DNA from: Phoronis australis
Taxonomy: Eukaryota > Animalia > Phoronida
Direction of reading: 5' to 3'
Assembly: GCA_002633005.1 (NCBI GenBank)
Contig: NMRA01000128.1
Location: forward strand, 26,051 to 90,050
DNA: 64,000 nucleotides
Under the pieces are notes generated by a model. That model made no database searches, was not told the DNA's origin, and was given only the letters and a program-made list of their open reading frames with translations. The translations under genes were made by a program, and so were the position numbers. Below, piece after piece: positions 51,644 through 64,000 of the stretch (the first letter of the stretch is position 1; the number at the start of each line of letters is the position of its first letter).

Positions 51644-52638
51644 CTGAAATGAACAACGGCGATGGTAAGAACATTGCACACAGGAGGATGTAAAGAACTG
51701 TTACACACGGTAAGATCTTAACAATTTGTGACACAATAGGTCATATAAGTGAGCTTTTCTTTCATAATTTACATGAAACTTGTACCAAATTAATGCTTTC
51801 GTTTCATTATTTTCAAGTTTTGAATATGGCTACCATGACTTACATAGAGAAAACTTAAGGGCCTTGTGTTAGATGCTCTTGAAAATGAAAAAGTGTAAAT
51901 GGATGGAATAATTTTCAACCCAAACTGGTGAGACTTTACTATATGTACCCCTAACCAAGTCACTTCCCTTGTGTTACCATGTAATACAAGAATATTCTGA
52001 ATACAAACATGTGTTGCATGGATTGAGGCACTCAAGAACACCAATTTATATGATGTAGTGAATATAAATTCACCATTTTCCCACTGATGGCTCATGATGA
52101 TATGCTTCATTGACTGGCACAGAAAAAGTGGATTAACTTTAACACGAGAAATGATGTACTTAGAAGTCTGATGACTTTCATTGCGAAAAACAACCGTCAC
52201 TAGAAAGGACATTACATATATTGAGAAATTACATACATGGCACTAGAAACTGGGCAATTAAAGATGAGACACGAGTTAGTTCGATCCCCACATACTGGGA
52301 AATTACAGACTTGATATGGGGCCAAGAGATGAGGGCACTATAGACATGATTTATGATTAACAGAGTTCATCACACTGGGAAATTACAGAAGTGACATACG
52401 GCCACTATCTGGAAATAACAGATGTGATAAAGGGCTGAGACAGTTGACATCCAATTTCTTCTGAAGGTTCTGCATATCTTCTGTCATTTACAAGTCAATG
52501 AAAAATGCAAACCCTCAGAGGTATTTTGCAGTTATTGCAAATAATAGTTTGTCCTGAAGTACTCTATTACACCAAAGTAAAACAGCGTAGACTATGAAAT
52601 TGATAATCGCTCTACTGATAGTACACAATTCATTTTAA

Positions 52639-53884
52639 AAGGGGACTGTAGTCAAAATAATGTTGCAGTTAATCGGTTCTAACATACAAATAAAACTCAC
52701 ATTTGCCTGACTTGCGTGCCAAACTAAAGCCAATTCGAATTCATGGTCAAAACACTGAATTCTGAAAGCGATCGCTGATTGGCTGATGCGACAGTGACGT
52801 GAACGGCGGGGTATCGGCTGCTTTACACATTCATTGCTTATGTCATATTTGAAGAGTTTACATCGTAATTTATCATTGTATCAATCGTCCTTATTTTTTA
52901 TTGTTTGCCACAGTGCTGTAAAAGGTTCGCTATGCCTTTTTGTATGGCACCTGGTTGCTCAAACTCTTCGAAAAAGGCGTCTTCTAAAGGGATGGTCATC
53001 GCATACCATCGCCGGGTTACCCAAGCCTTGGCCCAAAGCTCAGTGTATACTAGATATAGGCCTACAGGTTTAAGCCGATATGGGNNNNNNNNNNNNNNNN
53101 NNNNNNNNNNNNNNNNNNNNNNNNNNNNNNNNNNNNNNNNNNNNNNNNNNNNNNNNNNNNNNNNNNNNNNNNNNNNNNNNNNNNNNNNNNNNNNNNNNNN
53201 NNNNNNNNNNNNNNNNNNNNNNNNNNNNNNNNNNNNNNNNNNNNNNNNNNNNNNNNNNNNNNNNNNNNNNNNNNNNNNNNNNNNNNNNNNNNNNNNNNNN
53301 NNNNNNNNNNNNNNNNNNNNNNNNNNNNNNNNNNNNNNNNNNNNNNNNNNNNNNNNNNNNNNNNNNNNNNNNNNNNNNNNNNNNNNNNNNNNNNNNNNNN
53401 NNNNNNNNNNNNNNNNNNNNNNNNNNNNNNNNNNNNNNNNNNNNNNNNNNNNNNNNNNNNNNNNNNNNNNNNNNNNNNNNNNNNNNNNNNNNNNNNNNNN
53501 NNNNNNNNNNNNNNNNNNNNNNNNNNNNNNNNNNNNNNNNNNNNNNNNNNNNNNNNNNNNNNNNNNNNNNNNNNNNNNNNNNNNNNNNNNNNNNNNNNNN
53601 NNNNNNNNNNNNNNNNNNNNNNNNNNNNNNNNNNNNNNNNNNNNNACACTAAAATTTCTTATTCCGACAATATGAAAAACGCTACTTGATTGCACGCTAA
53701 CACAGGACAGTGACTTTGCCCCCGCCAAATACGTCACGAGACTAAGCAGCGCTCCAAGCCGGTAATTTTTTTAGCTTCGTTAGAGAATATAAGTTTAATT
53801 TTTGGTGTTGAATTATTTGTGAAATTAATCAACAATTCATAGAAAACTATCCAGAATTTATTCAGAATAAATTACAGTTCCCTT
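52639..53884 (+). mobile_element. Kolobok-like DNA transposon with a THAP-like ORF start (interior gapped)
   Basis: TTAA TSD at 52635 and 53885; TIR aaggggactgta/tacagttccctt; MPFCMAPGCSNSSKK...AYHR resembles a THAP N-terminus; empty TTAA site at 36777-36780. Confidence 0.8.
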
Positions 53885-55239
53885 TTAAAGTGGCACACAT
53901 GCTATCTCAGTACTAAGTTCTTTTGTGCTAGTTATGTAGTGTGACCCATAATATGACACTCAGTTCCTTGTTTCCATATTTAATTAAATCCTATTATAGT
54001 GGTTTGCCATCATATCAACTCGCTGACCTTCAGTAGATCAATGACATTGGGCAGACCAATTTATAAACACTCAATCGTGCAGGTGCATATTACATTGAAA
54101 ACGCTCACCCAGTCTAAATGCAATGCTTGTTACCTGACGATAAACAGTTTGCCAACTGAGAAGTAATGAAAATGCCTGGGCACCTAACCTGAATATATCT
54201 CAGCTGCATAAAGCAACAGTTCTATAATTTTCAAATAAACTCCCGGATACATATTCGAACTAAGACCAGGGGGACTTGTACTGATTGGTCGATTATTATT
54301 CACAATTTCCAAGATTTTCCAAAGCGTTATGATTTGCAACGCGGATTTAGTGAGGCAGCCATTTTTAAAAGTGCGACACCTGTTGGCAGGATTGATAACT
54401 AACTGATAACCGCGAGATGTCAAGAGTTTTCAAGGACGACATTTGTGCGCAAGAACACACACTCTCGTGTTTTTTCTAATGAAGTTTTGAAGAGGGAATC
54501 ATTTATAAACTGTTTTTTACTCAGAATTTCCCTAACATGCCACGCGGTATCTTCAACATACTAGCCAATTTTGGAGTCTTTTTGACACACGCATGATCGT
54601 TGTAGTTATCATTCCTGCCGACAGGTGTCGCAGTTTTATAATGGCGGTCACTCGAGATCGGCTGCCGCAAATGAACACCTCGTAAAAACGGTGAATGCAT
54701 GAATAAAAAGAGCCTAATTGGTACGAGTAATACATTTTTGGAATCACCATGATCACCCTGACGAGAGGATTCAGAAAATGTTAATATCAAGTATGAATGT
54801 TAATGGAGTCGGATTGTAAACAACGGGTTATGCCATGTGACTGAGCCCTAAGGCACAGCCAAACATGTCCGCACAGTAAAATATAAGTTTACTACAGCAT
54901 ACAGTAATACTGAAACAGAGCTGCAGAATGCATGGCTGTATGTAAAAATTGTATTCTGTAACATTAAAATGGTAAACACGTTATTTACACAAATAAAATA
55001 AAATTTTGTTATGAATCAAGAAACAAGGCATTCACAACATAACGATGCGCAAGGGAATTCCCAGTAAAATGTTGTTCAAGTTTGCTTTTCACACACATAT
55101 TTCATTTAATTCTGGGTCAAATTTTTCCATTCAAAAAAGGATAAATCTTTATTTTTTATGAAAAATTTGATTACGTTGGTGTCCAAATTGAAATTTGTAT
55201 GAAACTAAGGTACGCAATGGCAGCCAACGCGATAATTAC

Positions 55240-57223
55240 ACAAGAGCAACGCGGAGCGTTGAAATGCGCCCACAATTGCACCGCATACGGTATCCTTCTA
55301 GGGTTGTTTATTGGTACCATAAAGTGGCCAGTAGAGGGCATACTTTGCAAAATGGAAAGGCATGGTCATTGTCTCCTCAATAGGCTAGGGGCAAAATGTG
55401 AGTAATCTTCATAATACAAGCACATCCTATACACCAGTTGCTTAAAGCACCACAGAAACATAGAATTAAAAACAAATTTACCAACATACGAGATTAGCAC
55501 AGCATTAGAATGCCAGAAACAAATTTCTACTTGGAACTTTTCCTTCACAGTCACGAAGTAACACAAAGTATACACCTGAAGACCTATGAAAATACAGAGG
55601 TCAATGTAAAATACTAAAATTGCCACTAGAGGCAAATACTAAAATTGCCACTAGAGGCATACCGGTAATCAGAATCATCCTAAAGTCGTCATCGTCCGTT
55701 GTCAACATCACATAAATACACTTGCTAAATTTAGTAAAGATCCTGCAAACGGTTTGGGAGATACAGCCATGGGCGCAAAAAAACAAAACTGCCACTAGGA
55801 GGCGCCACAGTAGTCCAAATCGTCTGAAAATCATTGTCAGCTGTCTTCCTTATAGTAAGCACATACACGCCAATTTTCACAATCATCCTTTGAGCGGTTT
55901 GGTTGATAGAGGGGTGGACGCAAAAATACAGACTCGAAAACAGTAAAAATGGCCACTAGGTGGCGCAAACTACGTCGAATCCATCTGAAAACAGTAGGAT
56001 AGCGTCATCTCACTAATAGGTGCCTACATACCAAATTTCATGAAAATCCGTTCAATACTTTTGAAGATACAAAGGTAAGCGTAAAAAACTAAAATTGCCA
56101 CTAGGGGGCACACCGGTAGTCGGATCCGACCAAAAGTCGTCATCTTCCGTTGTTAACATCATATAAATATACTTACACAATTTGTAAAGATCCTGCGAAC
56201 GGTTTAGGAGATACAGCCATAGGCGCAAAAAAACAAAACTGCCACTAGGAGGCGCCACAGTAGTCGAAATCGTCGGAAAATCATCGTCAACCATCCTCTA
56301 CATAGTAAGCATATACATGCCAATTTTCACAATCATCCTTTGAGCGGTTTGGTTGATAGAGGGGTGGACGCACAAAAACAGACTCGAAAACACTAAAAAT
56401 GGCCACTAGGTGGCGCAAACTATGTCGAATCCATCTGAAAACGGGAGGATAGCGTCATCTCACTAATAGGTGCCTACATACCAAATTTCATGAAAATCCA
56501 ATAAGGACTTGTGAAGATACAAAGGTAAGCGTAAAAAAATTAAAATTGCCACTAGGGGGCACACCGGTAGTCGGATCCGTCCAAAAGTCGTCATCTTCCG
56601 TTGTTAACATCATATAAATATACTTACACAATTTCGTAAAGATCCTGCGAACGGTTTAGGAGATACAGCCATAGGCGCAAAAAAAAAAAACTGCCACTAG
56701 GAGGCGCCACAGTAGTCGAAATCGTCGGAAAATCATCGTCAACCGTCCTCTACATAGTAAGCACATACATGCCAATTTTCACAATCATCCTTTGAGCGGT
56801 TTGGTTGATAGAGGGGTGGAAGCACAAAAACAGACTCGAAAACAGTAAAAATGGCCACTAGGTGGCGCAAACTATGTCGAATCCATCCGAAAACGGCAGG
56901 ATAGCGTCATCTCACTACTAGGTGCCTACATACCAAATTTCATGAAAATCCGTTCAGGACTTTTGAAGATACAAAGGTAAGCGTAAAAAACTAAAATTGC
57001 CACTAGGGGGCACACCGGTAGTCGGATCCGTCCGAAAGTTCGCACATGCCGTCCCATTCATGAATGGAACATATGTGCCAAATTTCATGAACGTATGTCA
57101 AAGGGTTTTGGAGATAGAGCAGCGGACGCCGGACGGACGCCGGACGGACGCCGCCCGGACGGACGGACGGACGGACAGAGATGACGGCATAATGCGTCCA
57201 CATATAAATATGTGGGCGCATAA
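55240..57223 (+). mobile_element. Intact young Helentron-associated (HINE/DINE-1-like) element carrying a 451-bp trimeric core-repeat array
   Basis: Subterminal IR atgcgcccaca (55264) / tgtgggcgcat (57211); 3' hairpin 57192-57221; (GACG)n microsatellite 57122-57178; no TSD; empty site at ~38390 in copy A. Confidence 0.85.
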
Positions 57224-57511
57224 TAAGGATCTTTGCCTCAGGCCAAACGTGAATTTTGGTCAGGGACTTCCTAATTTATGCGCATAAGACCATCGGCTTG
57301 AAACACCGGAAGCTGTTTGGACGCTTATCACAGGCCCAGCTCCAAATGCAGCATGCAATTGAAATTTAATCCATGAACATATTTGTCTGAAATCTCACAA
57401 GAAGAATTGCGTGTCTTGTTATGCAACATTTGACTAATAGCACAAATTCATATTTAAATTCAGATGGATTGTCACAAATCATATCTCAGAACCACTCATA
57501 TTTCTGCTTAC

Positions 57512-57675
57512 CTTTCCCAGCCACGGAGTTCTTCTCAAATATGTTGATAATTTCTTGAGCCTTTTCCTGACTCACATAAGGATACAAAATCTCGTTTAAT
57601 CGAGGGTCCCGCTGAGTTTTATTGAGGAAGTCTTGAAATTGTTTCACAGTCAGGTATGGTTTATTCTTTGCACCT
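57512..57675 (-). CDS. PLCB: PLC-beta exon B5 (duplicate of 38679-38842; E/Q difference)
   Basis: Intact frame and splice sites. Confidence 0.88.
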
Positions 57676-59498
57676 CTGGAAAAATTCAATTAAAGGCAAA
57701 GTATTGAAGACTCTTAAAAGTGTTATTTTATTGTCAACATTTCTTTATTAACATTGAACACAAAAACATTATGACCCACAACCAGCATGATTTGCAAAAA
57801 CAATGAATTAAAAATTAAAAATCAAACAAGAAAATTGTGAATTTATCAAACAAATCTTGAATACAATAACCTTGTTGACTCTACAAAACTAACATTATTT
57901 CATTGTCACTAACCTCTGTGTGTTGTAAAAGTCATGCTGCCTTACTTTTACACAAGAAATAAATAACTGTAGAAACATATCAAAAGATATCAAAGCCTCA
58001 ATCAATAAACAACTATTGATAGTCGTCCCATGAGCAGGGACAGAACGAAATTCTTCAGTTATTTGCAGAAATATGATATCCAATAATTGACATTTCTTAT
58101 TCCTTAAAAAGATGCTAAACCAGGGTTTGACCTATTAACAGATATTAAAAACGACTTTCCCATCCAATTCTGTGAAACAAAGTAATGCTTTGTAACCCTC
58201 AAAAGTTTGGAGGAGATTTTGAAAACTCCTTTCAAAGTCTGCTAAACGGGCAACCGTGACTTATGCGTGTAGCGAATTATATGGCAACGATGGGGAAAGA
58301 CCACCTAGCAAGAACTCTAATATTCAATGTGTGGCATAGGGAGCATGAATTTTTAGCCCATTTCTGCTTTTATCTTTCATCATTGATGCCAGTAATGCAT
58401 TAGCAGATGACACAATGAAAATTGTTTGAAATCATCAAACCAGGGTTTAGTATCCTTTTCAAATCTGTCAGTCTTGGAATAAATAATCAAAAATTCACCA
58501 AATGCTTGTTATATTATAGGCACAGAGAACAAACCTTGTTGGAATGAAGCAGAATTTCAATAAGGAACATATTTATTGAGAAATCACAAAATATAAATTA
58601 ATTTTCTGCCATACTGTGTGCTCAAAACCACCGCAACCCACATGAAAGACAAAACAGTGGATATTTTCAAACTTCATAGAAGTACAGTGTGAAGCCTGGG
58701 GCTATTCATAAATTTGGTAAGTATTAGATATGTCTTATCGATCAAAACATATCACTTTTAAAAAGGCATTATTTGGTACCATGTTGTCAATTTAACACAG
58801 ATTCAAATCTAAGTGTGATGCTGAGTAGCCAAGTATTTTAAGAGAAATTCGTTAATAAAAAGTCCCGTTTCATCAGCTTTTGGCCCGGCGCAACTGACAC
58901 GGAGCAAACTGACCCGTGTCAAGCGGCTGTTTACACACACAACTCACTAACTGTGGCAAGACGGAAATTAAAGGCTGGAGAGACTGGATCGCACATACGC
59001 AGGTTTACAAATGACGAGAGTTACAGAGACAAAGAACCCGTACGTAGGTCATTGCACAAGCGCAGTAGAAATAATACTTTCCGCCTTGCTCTAGTTTCAT
59101 GTTTCAACTTATAATTAACATGGCGCAAGATGTTCGGGGGCAAATTGCTCTACCTCACAAACGGGTGGCAAAATTTGTCACTGCGGTGTCAATTTGCTCC
59201 GTGTCAGTCCGTTTACACACTGGAACAACTTGTTCCATGACAGCTGATCCATGTCAAGTTTGTAAGTGTAAACAGCACTAAAGTCACAGGCTTCAATTTC
59301 ATATAATTCTACTGGCAATGGCTGAAAGCCAACATCAGGAATCGGTGATTTTCAATGAATTCACAATAAAACACAAAAAAATTGTTTTATAACTCTCATC
59401 AAAGTTGACAAGTATAAGAAAGCTGCCCTAACTAAGGAGTCAAAAGAGTGTTTTTCCGCACTAAAACAGATTGTGTCTCCTATTAACAAAGTACCTAC

Positions 59499-59599
59499 AT
59501 GACCCGGAACACTTCATCAATCTCAGCCCTTTGTGTGAGATGTCGGTAGAAATTGAAGAAGTCGTCAAACATGAACTTGTTGGGGTTTAGAGTGTCATT
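59499..59599 (-). CDS. PLCB: PLC-beta exon B4 (duplicate of 40674-40774)
   Basis: Identical to copy A by eye. Confidence 0.88.
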
Positions 59600-61508
59600 C
59601 TGAAATAGAACATTTAGTCAACTAACTTCCCATCAATCAGTTGGACATTCTTTAAGAAACTATAACATTCAAACTTTCAAAATATTTCATTTCATTTCTT
59701 AAAGACATATACAGCTACAAAATCCAATTGCTCACTGCTACCATCTACCTCCTATCAGCTATGAAATGGAGACATACAGTTTATTTACTTATAAAACAAA
59801 GAACCAATACGCTCTGTCACTAAGTTGGGAAATGTTTTCAATGTTGCTTCAAGTATAGTGACATGCATGATATTAAAACTTTATACGATTTTGATTGCAG
59901 AATGAATGTTCGCATCATCGACTCTGTTAGAATACGGGTAATGGAAAATTACATGTAGGATTCATGGAAGTTTTTGAAGCCACTAGCTTTCATTCTCATC
60001 TCAAGACACTTCATTGGGTGGAGTGGCAGGTAATATGCCTCGCACATGCCTGATGTGTCATCACCATCGTCATGTGTCATGTATCGTGATCTCTGTTGGA
60101 TCGTTGGAGGGAATAATCATGCATCTGGCCAAAGTACAATAAACAAAAATTAAACAGGCACATTTGCAGCACATGCAGCAAGCCCATCTAAGAGTTGTTC
60201 TCTTCTTTTAAGGGTAAAATACACATATTTAATGACAGATACTTTTGTATTAGCCAGCAGGCGTATACAGGATTCTTGAGTTGGGTGCTTCCATTGAACT
60301 TCTTTCATGGAGGGAATAAATTCTGATGGCATGAGAGATGGAGCATGCCAATGGATTTCCACAGCTTCACGTATCTTTCTGGCACCAGTATATATCCTCC
60401 CTTACAAGGATGATAGCATTACTCGACAATGTTGAGTAATGTCCGAGAACAGTGTTCACCAATCGCTGACTCTGAGCCGGTAGATATTCTCAGCTGTTGC
60501 TCAATCCTAGTGAAATGAGGTTCCAAGCAGTCTCATCCATATAACTTGCATTACAGTCAGTCAGTCTTGAAGATAACAACTCATTTTCAGTGCAGGAATA
60601 TACGTGAAGCAGCTGTAAAGGTGTTAGCATGCTCCACCTCTCAATAAAGACTCGGGCTACGATCTTCCCGCAATCTATTCCTTCCAACGATCCGACGACA
60701 TCACATTACAGGGCACAAGACAATAGTAATGACGTAACAGATAAGGTGAGGTTCCAATTACCAGCCAGTTCACCCAACAAAGACCTCGAGACGAGATCGA
60801 ACGCTAGTGGCTTCAAAACTTCCATGACTACGACAGGTAAGTTTTCATTACACATGATTTTGATTATTGCCAAGGAAAAGCTTGTTTAAATTTAAGGACA
60901 TGCCTATCTTCACAAGCGATGCCTTGAATTGCGAGCATTAACAAAACGTCCATCTGAGCTTCTGCTATCCAATTCAACAGTAATGAATTGGCATTCTTTT
61001 CACAGTAGTTAAGTGTTTGTTTGGATAGATTACTTTTATTATTTTTACACTACTTGCACCATATTGTATTGTACTTAATTACATTGTATTATTTTCTAGA
61101 TTGACACATGTAGAGTCTACAAGTTCTTATACAATCAAGATTCATAGTACACAGAAGAAAGAGATGTACGTATGTTACTTAATTCTCCACTTATTTTGCA
61201 CAACAACAAGTCCCAAAATGGTCATATTTATATTTTTCAAAGACTGATTACCAATTTGCAAATGATGGTAATTTAAGTGAATGTTGTTTTATGTCACCTA
61301 CACACTACAATCCATGCTTGTAAAAGACTAAAATGTTCTTAATCTTTAGTTTTTTAGATAAATTTAATAAAATAGTATTTCGCTTGTTGGTCATATCTGC
61401 TAAGTAAGTGAAGAATTACCGTATTTTGACTTATGAACCACACTTAGAAGAAATAAGTAACGAGAGAAACGCCACTTAAGTGTATGTCAACATATTTTGT
61501 TACAGTAC

Positions 61509-61593
61509 CTTTCCCGAAGGGAGATTGGCTGCTTCCAGTGCCTTCTCAACTTTGCGTCGATCATCTTTACTGGATGCAAAATGCTTCACCACA
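61509..61593 (-). CDS. PLCB: PLC-beta exon B3 (duplicate of 42680-42764; N/S difference)
   Basis: Intact frame and splice sites. Confidence 0.88.
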
Positions 61594-62808
61594 CTGTGGA
61601 AAAAGATTTCAATTAACTTCATATTTATGCAGGGTTCAGTACGCCACGCCTGCCACACATATTACAGTTTCCACTTTCCATGAGATAAAATAACCATGGG
61701 TTTTCCATGAAGAGAACCTTTTTGTCATATTCCTAGTTGATGAAACCATATGCCCCATTCAAACCCGATGGAAGACAAAACTGAATATTCATGTGTCGTT
61801 CCACATGACGGCATTTATATTTTTTGAATCAATTTTCAATAGATGACAATATCCATTACCTGGCAAGGCCACTTAAATAATGAATTTGCACAGTATGCAC
61901 CATGAAACCTAGTATATAAAGCATAGCCTTATATTTGAATATAAGGCCACGACCTTATGATTGAGTAAGGCCTTTAGTATATCTGCTTTAAATTAGGGGT
62001 CACTTATATACTTTTAGACTTGAACAAAAGCATTAATTCAAAATAACAAATTCATGAAACATGTTCTTTTGTTTTTGGTTTATTTTTTATTATTAATTTA
62101 ATGATTTCATGGAATGGTTTTAGACAACTCGTAATATTTTAATAACTTTGACAGTTCTTTAGGCAATTATCAACCTTCGTGAATTTTTTTAAAAAGCAAT
62201 ACATGTTGAGAGTAAACCATAAATATGAGAAATGGTTCCTTGGATTTTGAAAGTAAGAATATGATTGTATAGTTCAAAGTCTCACGCAGGTTAGGATTTT
62301 ATATGAACTCGTGTTCACAGCACGAAAAATGACAATCATCTGGTTATATACGACTGTCCAACGTTTACAACATGAATTAAGATGATTCAGTCTAGGATTT
62401 TAAAAATATTCATTTTTGGGCACAATGCGGACAGTGAAACGTGTGAAAAGACATAATGAAGTTTGAAAATTAGCTTAGCATTTTGATCATGGCTGATTTG
62501 CAGAAACGCCAAAAAAATGATAACTGGTTCTATATAACCAAAGAATCCTTTAAATATTTACGAATTTTTAAAATGCATTTCTCAAAACGTATTATTTTGC
62601 TTATATGCCTGGTTTGACAGTATATCAAAAATGAAATTTTCCCCCAGAGCATCACTGGTAAAACACTTTCTTTGGTAATACCATAGATTAAGAATTCGTA
62701 GACACTAATAGGAGTACCGCATTATGGGAATCGGTTTTCTCCATTGAAAAATGGGCATCGAACTGGTTCTCAAACTCTGAATCCCATGTAAGTGACTATT
62801 GCCCTTAC

Positions 62809-62942
62809 TTCTTCATGGCTATCTTTCCTTCATGGTGAGTGACAAGTGAGAACCTCGTGAATGTTTTTTCCAGGAACGACGTAACAGATCCATTGAGTGC
62901 CAAAAGGTTTTGAGAGTATAACAGCAGTTCGTCTGCCCACTC
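62809..62942 (-). CDS. PLCB: PLC-beta exon B2 (duplicate of 45169-45302)
   Basis: Same peptide, synonymous changes only. Confidence 0.88.
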
Positions 62943-63484
62943 CTGAAGCAGCAAGGGTAGAACGATTAAAGCAAATTTCAGTCAGGAAAATGCACCAGAT
63001 TCTCGAAATATAGTCATCGATAACTTCAATATTATCAACTTGAATAATGTAAATACCATAAAGTACCAACACAACAGGTAAGCCGGCATTGCACAGTAGT
63101 TCAGGTATTTGCCAGGCGACTCTTACCATGCTGAAGAATATTTATCCAAATTCCAGCCAAGTATCTTAAAATCTTACCAAATTTGGCCAAAAATAAATAC
63201 CAAAGGTGATATTTTTTTAGTCTTCAAGGGCTTCCAGCCTCCTGCCTCAAAACATTGCCTGGGAGTAGCTATGGTGTATGTTTAACATGTTGAAATATCT
63301 ACTTGGTGCTTTCATGTTTTATGAAACAAATGGAGAAATAACATTTCCTTTGAATGCCATCTCGTGTCCTAAATGGATGAGATTTTACCGTAACTAGTAG
63401 AAAATTGTTTATTTCCACCAACACAAACGCCTCTAAGCAGAATGAGAAGTGTTATCGAAAAAAAAGAAAGAAAATCATTCTTAC

Positions 63485-63625
63485 AGTGGCCAACTCTATT
63501 GAATTGCAGACAAAGTTCAGCCACGAAATGTTTATCATGTCCGTTCCGTAACAGATCGAGATAGTTTTATCTTCCAGCGCAATATCAGGGGCTCCCATCA
63601 TGCACGAGTCTCTCAGTTTACCCTC
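63485..63625 (-). CDS. PLCB: PLC-beta exon B1 (duplicate of 45862-46002)
   Basis: Same peptide, intact splice sites. Confidence 0.88.
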
Positions 63626-64000
63626 CTGAAATATTGGAATGAAAACATAATGAGAACAGAAAGCTACAAGACAAATGAGACTTTGTGTGGATGCAGCAAT
63701 TATCATCATGGACATAGTCTCAGGAGAAAAATCAGCTCGCATTGGATGATCATTTTATGATCACGTGACAAGGTAACTGGATGGTGTCTCAAGACATATA
63801 TCACATAAATGTTATGAAATGTACTTTTTGTAGAACTAGTTATTACATCAAGACCTGTGATGTACAAAAGTATTAGAACAAGGGCGAGATATACATAATC
63901 ATGCTACAGACATCCTACGTCATCAACAATCGTCAAATAGTCATTGCTGATCACAGATCGCGTGATACACGTTGCAAACATGCTCGTTCAAAACTTTCTG

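Larger units (their letters stand above)
81..63625 (-). other. PLCB: Multi-exon phospholipase C-beta gene (partial; PH-EF-X-Y-C2-CTD) with an internal 7-exon duplication
   Basis: Spliced minus-strand exons with GT-AG ends and consistent phases give the hallmark motifs [93 protein letters not shown] and ALANPI. Confidence 0.96.
47516..64000. repeat. Segmental duplication copy B
   Basis: Colinear with 32542-46380; differs by substitutions and TE presence/absence. Confidence 0.97.

Overview
AT-rich, intron-rich animal genomic DNA, probably a marine invertebrate (inference). It has two N-gaps (13967-14608, 53085-53645) and a single N at 7714. The whole window is the interior of one minus-strand phospholipase C-beta gene (PLCB/Plc21C-like). 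I traced a phase-consistent exon chain by hand from the C-terminal half of the PH domain through the EF hands, X box, acidic X-Y linker, Y box, C2, the ALxNPI helix and the start of the coiled-coil CTD; both gene ends lie outside the window. Notable points: (1) a ~15-17 kb tandem duplication holding 7 exons (927 nt, phase 0-0, so in frame), with no gap at the junction and a 42-bp triplication there; (2) a U12-type intron in the Y box; (3) a Helentron-like (HINE/DINE-1-type) non-autonomous element whose ~150-bp core repeats each carry a CTCF-consensus motif, present as one young copy and about 8 decayed copies, all in the same orientation; (4) a Penelope element with inverted pseudo-LTRs, each holding a minimal hammerhead ribozyme; (5) Kolobok-like (TTAA) and other TIR elements, several with an empty site visible in the sister copy. 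All coordinates were read by eye and no database searches were run.
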